Of a stretch of DNA of 41,727 nucleotides, positions 23,676 to 32,600 are shown piece after piece. Under the pieces are notes generated by a model, which was not told the origin of the DNA, made no database searches, and saw nothing but the letters and a program-made list of their open reading frames with translations. The stretch is from a virus. Where the stretch lies: the IMG/VR virus record IMGVR_UViG_3300049191_000038, positions 1 through 41,727 of that record. One strand, written 5' to 3'. Made by a program: the position numbers and the translations under genes. Numbering within the stretch: the stretch's first letter is position 1; each line of letters begins with the position of its first letter.

Positions 23676-24524
23676 ATGTCAGAAACAAAACAAGTAACAG
23701 TTGTTGATCAATTAAAATCTTCCATTAAATTAATGGAGCCTCAATTTAAGATGGCTCTACCTCCACATATTTCAGTTGAGAAATTCGTTAGGGTTATTCA
23801 AACCGCACTTCAAACAAACAAGGATCTTGTTGAATCTGACAGGACCTCATTCTTTGCAGCTTGCATGAAGTCAGCTCAAGAGGGCTTACTTCCAGATGGT
23901 AAGGAAGCGGCCATTGTAACTTTCAAAGATAAGTCTGGCGTTAAGCAAGCTCAATTTATGCCAATGGTTGGAGGCATCTTAAAGAAGGTTAGAAATTCTG
24001 GAGAATTATCAAGCATCACAGCTCAATTGGTTTATGAGAAAGACAAGTTTAAATATTGGATTGATTCAGACGGAGAACACATTGAACATGAGCCTCAAAT
24101 ATTTGGGGACCGAGGCGTTATTATTGGAGTTTATGCACTAGCAAAGATGAAAGATGAAGCTGTCTATATTGAAGTTATGACAATGGATCAGATAGAAGCG
24201 GTTAAAAAATCTTCTAGAGCATCTCAATACGGACCATGGGCTGGGCCATTTGCAACAGAGATGTTTAAAAAATCGGTTATCCGTAGGCTTTCAAAGCGCC
24301 TCCCATTATCTACAGATATCGAATCAACTATTCATGCAGATGATAACTTGTATGAATTTGATAAGCCTGAACAATTGCCACAAACAGAAGCGTCTCAGGT
24401 TGAGCCACAGCAAACTAAAAAGACTAAACGAATGGCTAAGCTTATGGAAAGCCAAGCGCCCAACCAGGACGAACCTAAAGACGTTACGCCTCAATCTGAG
24501 TCGGTTTCAATAGATACTATTTAA
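23676..24524 (+). CDS. recT: RecT-family single-strand annealing protein
   Basis: ...FFAACMKSAQEGLLPDGKEAAIVTF...QFMPMVGGILKK... is typical of RecT. The ATG at 23676 follows GGAGTGAG; the ORF-track GTG at 23670 lies inside the RBS. Confidence 0.8.
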   Translation: MSETKQVTVVDQLKSSIKLMEPQFKMALPPHISVEKFVRVIQTALQTNKDLVESDRTSFFAACMKSAQEGLLPDGKEAAIVTFKDKSGVKQAQFMPMVGGILKKVRNSGELSSITAQLVYEKDKFKYWIDSDGEHIEHEPQIFGDRGVIIGVYALAKMKDEAVYIEVMTMDQIEAVKKSSRASQYGPWAGPFATEMFKKSVIRRLSKRLPLSTDIESTIHADDNLYEFDKPEQLPQTEASQVEPQQTKKTKRMAKLMESQAPNQDEPKDVTPQSESVSIDTI

Positions 24525-24565
24525 TTTCATAAAAACGTGTTACGATATTAAAAGAGTGAGGATAT

Positions 24566-24946
24566 ATGCGTAACATAATAATAATGATATCACTTATGAT
24601 ATCAGCTTGTGCAAAAGTTGAAACTAAAAATAATAGGTTTGTTCAATCGGCTGGCGTCTGCACACATTCAATTAATGGTGAATGGATATCAAGATCAAAC
24701 AGTGATCATTTAACCTTAAACGCAGACTGCACTGGTAAACTTTTAGCGTGCCAACAAACATTCTATTATCAAAACCCAGGAACTAATAATCAAACTGCAG
24801 TCTACATTAACAACTCAGGACTCTTTGCTCAATGCGCCGCTCCTGGCGAATACTACTGCCTAGTCGATAATACAACAGACCCAGATGTCTTGGCCTTCCA
24901 ATGTAACAATGGTGACTTATTTATATATGACAGGATGGTTCAATAA
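24566..24946 (+). CDS. Cys-rich lipoprotein (126 aa)
   Basis: Signal MRNIIIMISLMISAC with a lipobox-like ISAC, and seven further Cys residues. RBS AGAGTGAGG upstream. Confidence 0.6.
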   Translation: MRNIIIMISLMISACAKVETKNNRFVQSAGVCTHSINGEWISRSNSDHLTLNADCTGKLLACQQTFYYQNPGTNNQTAVYINNSGLFAQCAAPGEYYCLVDNTTDPDVLAFQCNNGDLFIYDRMVQ

Positions 24947-25038
24947 TGGCTGACCTATATTATTCAGTATTATCTTATAATATAATTAACCAGGCTTACT
25001 CATTAAGGCACGGCAAGCAATCAGATGTAACTATCAAT

Positions 25039-26052
25039 TTAATTGTTAAGGCTTTCGACTCCGATAGATCTATTGATGGCCTTTGGTTTTAAAGACTCAA
25101 AAAGAATCAGCATCATCAAGCATTGAGATAAAAAGAAATGTCCTGGAAAATATCCAGCCATTGCAAGCAGGCTCACCATAACAGCGGGAAATAAATACAT
25201 GCTGAAGCTTTTGTAAACAGCTACGCATAAGACTAATAATGCTAAGATCATACCTAAGTATCCATACTCAAAAAGAAACTGTAAGTAATCGTTATGCATC
25301 CAAAGGTAAACCTCGCCGGTAGGTATCTTAATAAATGGAGCAAGCCATTCAAAAGATCCAGGACCCATGCCAAACCAAACAGGAGCATGACCTTTCCACC
25401 ATCCCATGACGGCTTTCCAACCTTCAATCCTATACTCAAAAGACTTAATGTTTAAATATTTCAAAACAAAATACAGTGATATAAATCCAGAGACAGATCC
25501 AAGGATAATATATTTCTTGCTGAACTTTCGGCTCATTAAATAAATTAACCCAGCAAATAAACAAATTAAGCCAGTCGATCCTTTAATATATCCAATTCCA
25601 AAGGCCCCTATAACTGCCATTAATTTATCAAAGAAAGTCTTATCTTCCTGGCTAGCTAAGTAGATAGATCCAATTGCCATTGCAGTTACATCCATTGTGT
25701 TCACATTAAATATTCCAAAGTTAAAAACAAGAACAAGACCTAAGTTCAATACTGATATCCAGCTCAAATACCTAGCCAAGTTTTTACCAGCATTTAGTAA
25801 GACAGCTGGAACAATTGCCATCATAACAAAAGATTGCAGCGCCCCCTGTTTTGCCATTGTCGATAACTCTAAAGTTACAAACTCTCTTTTGTAAGTCATC
25901 GGGAAAAAGCCAATCCAAACAGCAGACATTAGTCCATAGATCCATAAGGCAATAAATGATTTATGAATCTTATCTTTAAACAGCAATGGAAAGAATAAAG
26001 ATACAAAAACCATACCAATAAACATATGAATTCGCCAAACATCTAAAGTCAT
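25039..26052 (-). CDS. O-antigen ligase/polymerase-like (Wzy_C-type) polytopic membrane protein
   Basis: About 10 hydrophobic segments. Loop motif GMGPGSF...WMHNDYLQFLFEYGYLG (H-N-x-Y-L-x3-x-E-x-G-x-x-G at 25252..25296). The ATG at 26052 with AAGGGG SD is preferred over the ORF-track TTG at 26094. Confidence 0.7.
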   Translation of the reverse strand: MTLDVWRIHMFIGMVFVSLFFPLLFKDKIHKSFIALWIYGLMSAVWIGFFPMTYKREFVTLELSTMAKQGALQSFVMMAIVPAVLLNAGKNLARYLSWISVLNLGLVLVFNFGIFNVNTMDVTAMAIGSIYLASQEDKTFFDKLMAVIGAFGIGYIKGSTGLICLFAGLIYLMSRKFSKKYIILGSVSGFISLYFVLKYLNIKSFEYRIEGWKAVMGWWKGHAPVWFGMGPGSFEWLAPFIKIPTGEVYLWMHNDYLQFLFEYGYLGMILALLVLCVAVYKSFSMYLFPAVMVSLLAMAGYFPGHFFLSQCLMMLILFESLKPKAINRSIGVESLNN

Positions 26053-26070
26053 ACAAACCCCTTGCAATGA

Positions 26071-26099
26071 AATAGAGTAAGATATACCGTTCAAGTCAA
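26071..26099 (-). promoter_or_regulatory. Candidate own promoter of the Wzy-like gene
   Basis: Minus strand: TTGACT (26099..26094), 17-nt spacer, TCTATT (26076..26071). Confidence 0.3.
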
Positions 26100-26102
26100 G
26101 AG

Positions 26103-26327
26103 GTGTTAGTGGCAGAAATAACTATTACAATAAAAGATCTCCCAAATGGAGGGGTTGAAGTTAAAGCAAATCCTTCTTTTGAAACTATGGCAATGATGGT
26201 TGAGTCAGGGCATGAATTAACCTCAGCTCACGGATACACTATGTCATGTCTTAACGTAATTAGAGAATTGTCCAGAAAAAAAGAAGACGGAATGATAGTT
26301 AAAATTCCAAGGCTTGGAAAGTTTTAA
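26103..26327 (+). CDS. Hypothetical protein (74 aa)
   Basis: ORF track; GTG start. Coding status is moderately uncertain. Confidence 0.45.
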   Translation: MLVAEITITIKDLPNGGVEVKANPSFETMAMMVESGHELTSAHGYTMSCLNVIRELSRKKEDGMIVKIPRLGKF

Positions 26328-26382
26328 GTCTAGGTCAATAATATTATCTCGACTTATCTAGACATTAAATAATGATATAAGA

Positions 26383-26568
26383 ATGAAACTGCAAACAGCT
26401 ATATCACAAGATGCAGAACATTTATTCCTAGTAATAGGAGAAGAAAACATAGTTATCGATATGAACCTAGATCAAGCGAATCAACTCATGGGATTAATCT
26501 TTGATCTTATTAAAGAAGCCAAAGCCCAGAAATCTTTTCTAGACCTTGAAAGAGACAATGCTGTTTAA
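26383..26568 (+). CDS. Hypothetical protein (61 aa)
   Basis: ORF track; no SD upstream. Its stop overlaps the stop of the convergent gene (TTAA). Confidence 0.4.
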   Translation: MKLQTAISQDAEHLFLVIGEENIVIDMNLDQANQLMGLIFDLIKEAKAQKSFLDLERDNAV

Positions 26569-26870
26569 GGAGCGTATTGAACTGATTTAGTTTGATCATC
26601 AATCTGATCTCTAATCCAGCTTTTTGCAGTGTTAAAATCAGTAAGAGCAAACCCTGTCATTCTATCACAAGGACCTTTTGCAACAAGAGGGGTTTCTTCC
26701 ATAAGATAAAATTTAATTTTTTTTCGATCTGTTAAAATATATTTAGCACACACTTGATTTGTAACATCAGCAACATAGAAAGGAAGATTTGGAAACTCAT
26801 CTACTTTTGCGCATCCAGATAACAAACTAAGAGTTGAGATTATCAAGCTCATTTTTGCGAGTTTCTTCAT
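26565..26870 (-). CDS. Lipoprotein (101 aa), o-spanin or exclusion-protein candidate
   Basis: MKKLAKMSLIISTLSLLSGCAKV has a lipobox LSGC. The start lies inside the 3' end of the upstream ORF in another frame. Confidence 0.6.
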   Translation of the reverse strand: MKKLAKMSLIISTLSLLSGCAKVDEFPNLPFYVADVTNQVCAKYILTDRKKIKFYLMEETPLVAKGPCDRMTGFALTDFNTAKSWIRDQIDDQTKSVQYAP

Positions 26871-27066
26871 CTCTTAATTTCCCTTCATTAATATCTTGTT
26901 GGACTTTATCTTCTGTTACTTTTTGCTCAGAAGATCTGACCAGCTTATCCCAAAGTTTTACAAGGTACTGCCCGCCATATTCAAGTAATTTCTTTGCTAG
27001 GTATCCTTTTATACCGCCAAGCTTACCAACAATAGCATCAATAATTTCTTTAATTAAAGCGGGCAT
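26827..27066 (-). CDS. Amphipathic helical protein (79 aa)
   Basis: ORF track. Confidence 0.45.
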   Translation of the reverse strand: MPALIKEIIDAIVGKLGGIKGYLAKKLLEYGGQYLVKLWDKLVRSSEQKVTEDKVQQDINEGKLRDEETRKNELDNLNS

Positions 27067-27075
27067 TAGTACTCC

Positions 27076-27297
27076 TTAGATCTTGGCGACCATTTCCTTA
27101 AGAACTTCTTCAAGCTTTTGCTTAAGTGCAGCAACAGCCAAATCATCAAGTTTGTTTTCTGATTTAGCTGCGGCAAGCTCAAGAGCCTGAGGAACAAACT
27201 CAGCGATGTAGCCAAGCTTTTTCTTAACATCTTCTTTTGCTTCTGCTACAATTTTAGCAACAAGCTCTTCACCTAATTGTTTTACTGAATCTGCCAT
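27076..27297 (-). CDS. Acidic helical protein (73 aa)
   Basis: ORF track; TAATG overlap with the upstream stop. Confidence 0.5.
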   Translation of the reverse strand: MADSVKQLGEELVAKIVAEAKEDVKKKLGYIAEFVPQALELAAAKSENKLDDLAVAALKQKLEEVLKEMVAKI

Positions 27298-27533
27298 TAT
27301 TTACTCTCCTTGTTTTGGTGGACTAGATTGTCCATTTTAGTTTCAATCCTTGCTAACCTGTCAAGAACTTCTAGATTATAATCCTTTAGTCTAGCTATAT
27401 CTTGAATCTGGACTTGCTGTTTTTCTGCCATTGCTTCTTGTCTATAGAATAAAGCTGACAGCCAAAATATTCCACCTATTAAAACAGCTCCAGCTTCTAA
27501 TAAAGTTACAGTTTTTTCTGACAGAAATTTCAT
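27297..27533 (-). CDS. N-terminal transmembrane plus coiled-coil protein (78 aa), holin or i-spanin-like candidate
   Basis: TM segment LLEAGAVLIGGIFWLSALFY followed by a heptad-like helix. Confidence 0.55.
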   Translation of the reverse strand: MKFLSEKTVTLLEAGAVLIGGIFWLSALFYRQEAMAEKQQVQIQDIARLKDYNLEVLDRLARIETKMDNLVHQNKESK

Positions 27534-27543
27534 TCAATCACCA

Positions 27544-28545
27544 TTAGAATTTAATTAGTAAAACTTGCGAAAAGACCATATCATCACCGCTGTTTAAGTT
27601 AGGCCCAAGATCATCAGTTGATAATCCTGAATCGTAGTAGTATTGCAGCTGAATTGTCTTCTGCGATGCTAAAGTAAATATTGCCTCAGCATGTATAACT
27701 ACAGCGCCATTATTTTGATACATAGTTTGGCCGTTTACTATGGTTGATGAATCAGTAGTATTTCTAATTCTAATTTTTGCTTTACGGTTTGCTCCGTAAA
27801 ATGGAGCCGATGCTTTTATATAATAAGTACCAGCTGGTAAAACAATATCAGTATTTGTTCCACCGGTTCCGGTAAATGATGAGCCATTCACAACAACAGA
27901 CGCAGTTTGATTTAAAGTATTTAAATTCCTAGCGGTCCAAGTTGCAGTTACAGCGGTTCCGCCTAAAGCTGTAGATGCCTTTACATCTGCAATTGTTATG
28001 TATGTTCCAGGAGAAGCCGCTGCCCATGCTGGGCTTCCACCGCTAACGGTTAATATCTGGCCAGCAGACCCAATACCGAGCCTTGTGGCAGACCCATTTG
28101 TTCCGCCATAAATTAAATCGCCAGTTGATGTCATAGGAGATAAAGCATTAAATGCCCCTAGAGCAGTTGATCTACCAGTCCCGCCCCTTAATATACTTAG
28201 CTGAGCTTCGCTAGACAATGCTCCAGTTCCATCATTAATTAAAACATGAGCAGATGTTCCAAGCTCAATCTTTGATCTATTGATAGACGCATTAGATGCA
28301 ATGTCAGAATTAGTAATTGTTGATGCAGATATAGTTCCAGTAACAGCTTTTAGAACACCAGAAGAACTTGAAAGGTTAGCGCCAGTTCCTCCGCGTCCAG
28401 TTGATAGTTGAGCTTCAGAAGCAATGACGCTAGATCCACTATTAATTAAAACGTGATTTGCTGATGTATTAACAATCTTAACATTCTTAAGTATTGTGTT
28501 TTGCGCAAATGATACCGATAAAATTAACCCTATAATATTAAACAT
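27544..28545 (-). CDS. Tail fibre protein (distal / receptor-binding candidate)
   Basis: Repeated ...SEAQLS-x-x-RGGTG... motifs common in phage fibres. The ATG at 28545 (8-nt overlap with the upstream gene) is preferred over the ORF-track start at 28626. Confidence 0.65.
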   Translation of the reverse strand: MFNIIGLILSVSFAQNTILKNVKIVNTSANHVLINSGSSVIASEAQLSTGRGGTGANLSSSSGVLKAVTGTISASTITNSDIASNASINRSKIELGTSAHVLINDGTGALSSEAQLSILRGGTGRSTALGAFNALSPMTSTGDLIYGGTNGSATRLGIGSAGQILTVSGGSPAWAAASPGTYITIADVKASTALGGTAVTATWTARNLNTLNQTASVVVNGSSFTGTGGTNTDIVLPAGTYYIKASAPFYGANRKAKIRIRNTTDSSTIVNGQTMYQNNGAVVIHAEAIFTLASQKTIQLQYYYDSGLSTDDLGPNLNSGDDMVFSQVLLIKF

Positions 28546-29542
28546 TGAATGTAGCCCTTCTAAATTTAATAGTTCCAGTGTATCCAGTTCCAGCAATAGT
28601 ATTACTTGTGTATTGAACTTGAGCAATACCGCCAGCCTCAGTGACAGAGAACGTTACAGCACCATCAATTGGAGATGCGTCTGCGTCACCATAAGATGGG
28701 CCTTCAACTAAAACCCACGCTCCATTTTTTCTATGCAAGAATACTGAACCTGACGCGAACGCAAATACGCTGTTTGTAAATCTATAGATTTGAAAATCAA
28801 ATCTAGCGCTTGTGTATGACGCAGCATCTACTGTCATGCTTGTAACGTTAGCAGCAGATGATTGACCATTTGCAATTGTCGCAGTCGTTTCAGCAACATA
28901 AGCAGCTGCTAATGCGGCACTGGCGGCAGCAGCAGTTTCAGATACTAAGGCAGCGGCAGCACTGGCCGCTGCGGCAGTAGCGTAAGATTGAGCATTAGAA
29001 ATAGAAGATGCAGATGGTCCAACTTCCCATCCATCGCCAGCGGAGTTTGTCATAACAACAACATTTGCTTGACCAACTAAATCAGCTGGCAAGTCTCCGT
29101 CAAAAGTAGATGCAACAACCGTCTCTGGAAATTTAATAGACCTATCAATCTCATCTTGTTGCTGCTGATCAATCATGACCAATTTATCAAACTGATCTTC
29201 ATGAGTCTCAGGATAAAATGTTCCTTGGTTTCTAATATCTGTTTCTTGAAGAATATCTAAAACTCGTCGAATAGTTAAAACCCAATCAACTTCTAAATCA
29301 TTTCCAGCATCAAGCCAATCAAAGCTTCCTGCAACAAGTGCAACGTTTCCACCAGTTAGCTCGCCTACGTTACTAACAGTGTAATGAGTTGTCTTAGTTA
29401 AAGTTGTTTCAAATCCAGTATCAGGATCACGAACAGTAACCGTTAAATCATCTTCATCAAATATCCGAAATGTATAAGCGTAAGTATCGACGTTACCGTT
29501 TCCCGTATAATTTATGCGATTTGTAGTTGACGATACTGACAT
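28538..29542 (-). CDS. Tail fibre / fibre-adaptor protein
   Basis: N-terminus ...INYTGNGNVDTYAYTFRIFDEDDLTVTV...THYTV... and ...HEDQFDKLVMIDQQQQDEIDRSIKFPE are typical of podovirus fibre N-terminal domains. Ala-rich coiled segment. Confidence 0.7.
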   Translation of the reverse strand: MSVSSTTNRINYTGNGNVDTYAYTFRIFDEDDLTVTVRDPDTGFETTLTKTTHYTVSNVGELTGGNVALVAGSFDWLDAGNDLEVDWVLTIRRVLDILQETDIRNQGTFYPETHEDQFDKLVMIDQQQQDEIDRSIKFPETVVASTFDGDLPADLVGQANVVVMTNSAGDGWEVGPSASSISNAQSYATAAAASAAAALVSETAAAASAALAAAYVAETTATIANGQSSAANVTSMTVDAASYTSARFDFQIYRFTNSVFAFASGSVFLHRKNGAWVLVEGPSYGDADASPIDGAVTFSVTEAGGIAQVQYTSNTIAGTGYTGTIKFRRATFNV

Positions 29543-29568
29543 TTTATTCCCTCAAAATTGTTAAGTTC

Positions 29569-29597
29569 ATTCAAAGTTTAAAACCTAAAATAGTCAA
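29569..29597 (-). promoter_or_regulatory. Candidate promoter ahead of the fibre genes
   Basis: Minus strand: TTGACT (29597..29592), 17-nt spacer, TTGAAT (29574..29569), then SD GAGGGA before the ATG at 29542. Confidence 0.3.
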
Positions 29598-29600
29598 ATC

Positions 29601-32600
29601 TTATTGGCCTTCATTCCCAGTCTTTCCCGTAACCAATCCCCTTGCAAAATCAATCGGTCCAGTAGGCTCAGCCTCACCTGAACTTACGTCTGTTAAGTAA
29701 TTAATTGGCTTCTTTAAAGGAGCCGCTGGAAGTCCTGTAAACGTACCGATAAAAGTAAGAACATCGCTTGTTAGCTTTTTATTGTTATCTGCGTCATCAG
29801 CTAGATTCTGGTAAAGAGTTTTTGGCAGACCAGCAACCCCTTCAATAGTTGAGATGACAGGTGATAGGTTAAGCTTATCATCATAGGCCTTATCATTAAA
29901 TCTATTATAAGCGCTGACTGCAAATTGACCGCCATATGGAATCATTGCTGTAAAGGTTTGAAACTGAGACTCAAAGAATGTCTTAAGTAAGTCATCTGCA
30001 TATTCATCATCGTCATCTTGGTCTAATCCCTTACCGGACATCAGCTGGACTACCATGCTAGATAAAACAGCAGGAAGCATAAAGGCTGTCATATATAAAT
30101 AGAATGCTCTACCAGCTCCTTTTTTAAGCCCAACGTCTCTAGAGATGCGAGTTAATTCTCCAGCATTAAGATTTGCTAGCATATTAAAATAACCTACAAA
30201 CTGCTTAAATAGCATAGCTGTTGCGGTACCAGTTTCAAACCTTGATACATCCTCAGCGCTCATAGATCCTTGAGACTTTCTAACAGATGAATCCGCAAAT
30301 TGAATAGCCTCTGATTCTGACATTCCTTCTTCAATAGCTTGGTTATATCCGCCAGACCAAACAACAGTATTAACTAGATTCTGCATAGCAGACTGCAGAA
30401 AGTAAGTATGCTTAGAAGAAAAGTTTTTAAACTTCTCAAATGTGCTTGGATTTAAAATAATATCATTAACACTGTTTGCTATATCAAAAATATTAGAATC
30501 CATTGCGGCTTTCATGTATTTACTTTTTTCAGTAATTTCATTAGCCGTTAATTTAGGTGATCCAATATAGTTAATCATTGCATTTCTAATATGTCTTGGT
30601 TTAACAAGGCTCATTGCAACAACTAAACCTGTTAACTGTTGTAACGAGTTGGTTACGTTACCAAACATAATTTGAGCAGCTACATTCTTTCTAAAGAATC
30701 TGGCTCCAGCATCTAAAGCTCTACCTAATCCATCATCGCTCGGCAAGACAACCTTTTGCTGAGCAGCTCTTTGAAGCCAAGGAATAAGCATATCTTTAGC
30801 AATTGCTGAATCTATTCTAGAAAGCGATGCTCTGAATTCTTTATCAGTTACAAGGCGAGCGACTTCCTTAACTCTTGGCTCAATGTAAGTAAATCTCAAC
30901 GATGCATCTATATGAGATGAAATAAGACGCATATCTAAACTAAGTGGTGCAGCATATTGGTCTACACGAGATTTAGTAAAGCCTCTGCCTGTTGTCGGAT
31001 ACATGAAAGATTTATTGTTGCTTTCAAACTCTTCTTTTTCGTTTCTAATAGCCGCATCTTCATTCTCATTAATATCAACTTTAGCAGGCATATACCCGCC
31101 ACGATATTCACCAAATGGAGTCTGAATTGGATCAGCCGTAATCTCTTTAAAATAATATCCATACATTTGTTTATGGGCTTTTTGAGAATCTGGCTTCATA
31201 GATTCGTTAAGATCCCAAATAGCCTGAACCATATCCATGTCGGACTTAGTAATCTTTCCTTCAAGAATCATGCGCTCAAAGAACTGATCCCATTTAGATC
31301 TATCTAATTGGCCTAATTCATTAATAGAACCCCAGCCACGTCCAACTAAAAGCTTTTGTAAGTTTGAGTTATTTCCAGAATGAAGCACAGCCATGATAAG
31401 CTCTTGCTTATTCTGAAACATAAATCCACCAGGATACTTTTCAGACTTAAACTCACTTGCTACTATTGGATCATTAGTAAAGCTTTTCTCGTTAGATTTT
31501 AAAATTGATTCAAGCTGCTTTAAAACATCAGATTTTTTAAGTTTATAATTATTAACCGCTTGAGAGATAGGCTGCCAAATGAATCTTCTATGAGGCCCGC
31601 CAAACTGAACGTCCATAGCATCAGCCCAGTGCTCTGTCCTAACTAGGCTTGCCTTAGCCCCAAGAAGTGCAGACTTAGTTCTGCCCCACTTATCCATTGT
31701 TGTTTGATATTCTTTTTTCTTATCTGATTGAATATCAATATCATCTTGCTGAGTAATTAGCTCTGACTTAGCAAGATCTTTATCAACTTTCTTGCCATCA
31801 ATTTCCATCTCACGAGTTGACTTAGACAGATCCCATAACGCATTGACAGCGTCTTTTAAATCTAAGAACGCATTGTAACTAACTGACTTATAATCACCAG
31901 CACCAGCAATAGTTGGTTCAATTAAAACTTGAATTCCATTATAAGTATCTTGATCATACTTTTTAATATTAGCTAAATATTCATCAGCCGTTTTATCAGC
32001 TCGCATTATTCCGTAATCAGCAAGTAGAGCACGGGCTGCATTAACGATATCTGAATCACGGTTTTTAGAGATATCTTCATCAGACTTAACAATCTTTTTC
32101 TTAAAGTCTTTTAATGTCTTATCTATGTTTTCTCTTGCGTCAACAGCGGCTCGGTAGAGCTCAAAGTTTAAAAGCTCTTTTCTCTTAGCTTCAAACGCTC
32201 CTTCAATATCGCCCTTAGCTAAAAGCTGGCCAGCCTCTTTTGCATACTTAACTTCTGCTCTCTTATAAATAACTGGCCTAATGTCTTTAGTTGAAAGCTT
32301 AGAAATAGTCTCAGCAGCTTGCTCTCTAACTGCTTTTTCTGTTGGAACTCTGCGTGCAATCTTTTTAATAATATTCTTTAAAGCTGGCAGATTGCTTTGA
32401 GCTAGTGCTTTAAGTTCTAATCTTAAAACCTTTGCACGCTCTTCATTGTGAACTGCTTTTAATACTTCATCTGGAAGCTGACCGCTAGTAACGGTATCAG
32501 GATTTTGCAGTTCCATACGAGCATTAGTTTCTCGCTCTATTCTTTGCTGCTTATCCTCAGTGATCATCAAAGAATTAATTAGGTCCTCACCACTTGCAAA

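Noticed and set aside
24946-25092. 48-aa plus-strand ORF starting with a TAATG overlap after the lipoprotein gene
   Set aside because: It runs about 50 nt into the 3' end of the convergent Wzy-like gene. It has no motif, so the coupling-type start alone is insufficient.
28860-29000. Apparent GCAGC/GCGGC-rich DNA repeat in the fibre gene
   Set aside because: It encodes an Ala-rich coiled segment (...ATAAAASAAAALVSETAAAASAALAAAY...). This is codon-level low complexity, not a discrete DNA repeat or array.
27544-29542. Diversity-generating retroelement, checked because the head genes looked BPP-1-like
   Set aside because: No reverse-transcriptase-sized ORF exists anywhere in the genome. I saw no template/variable repeat pair near the fibre gene 3' ends.
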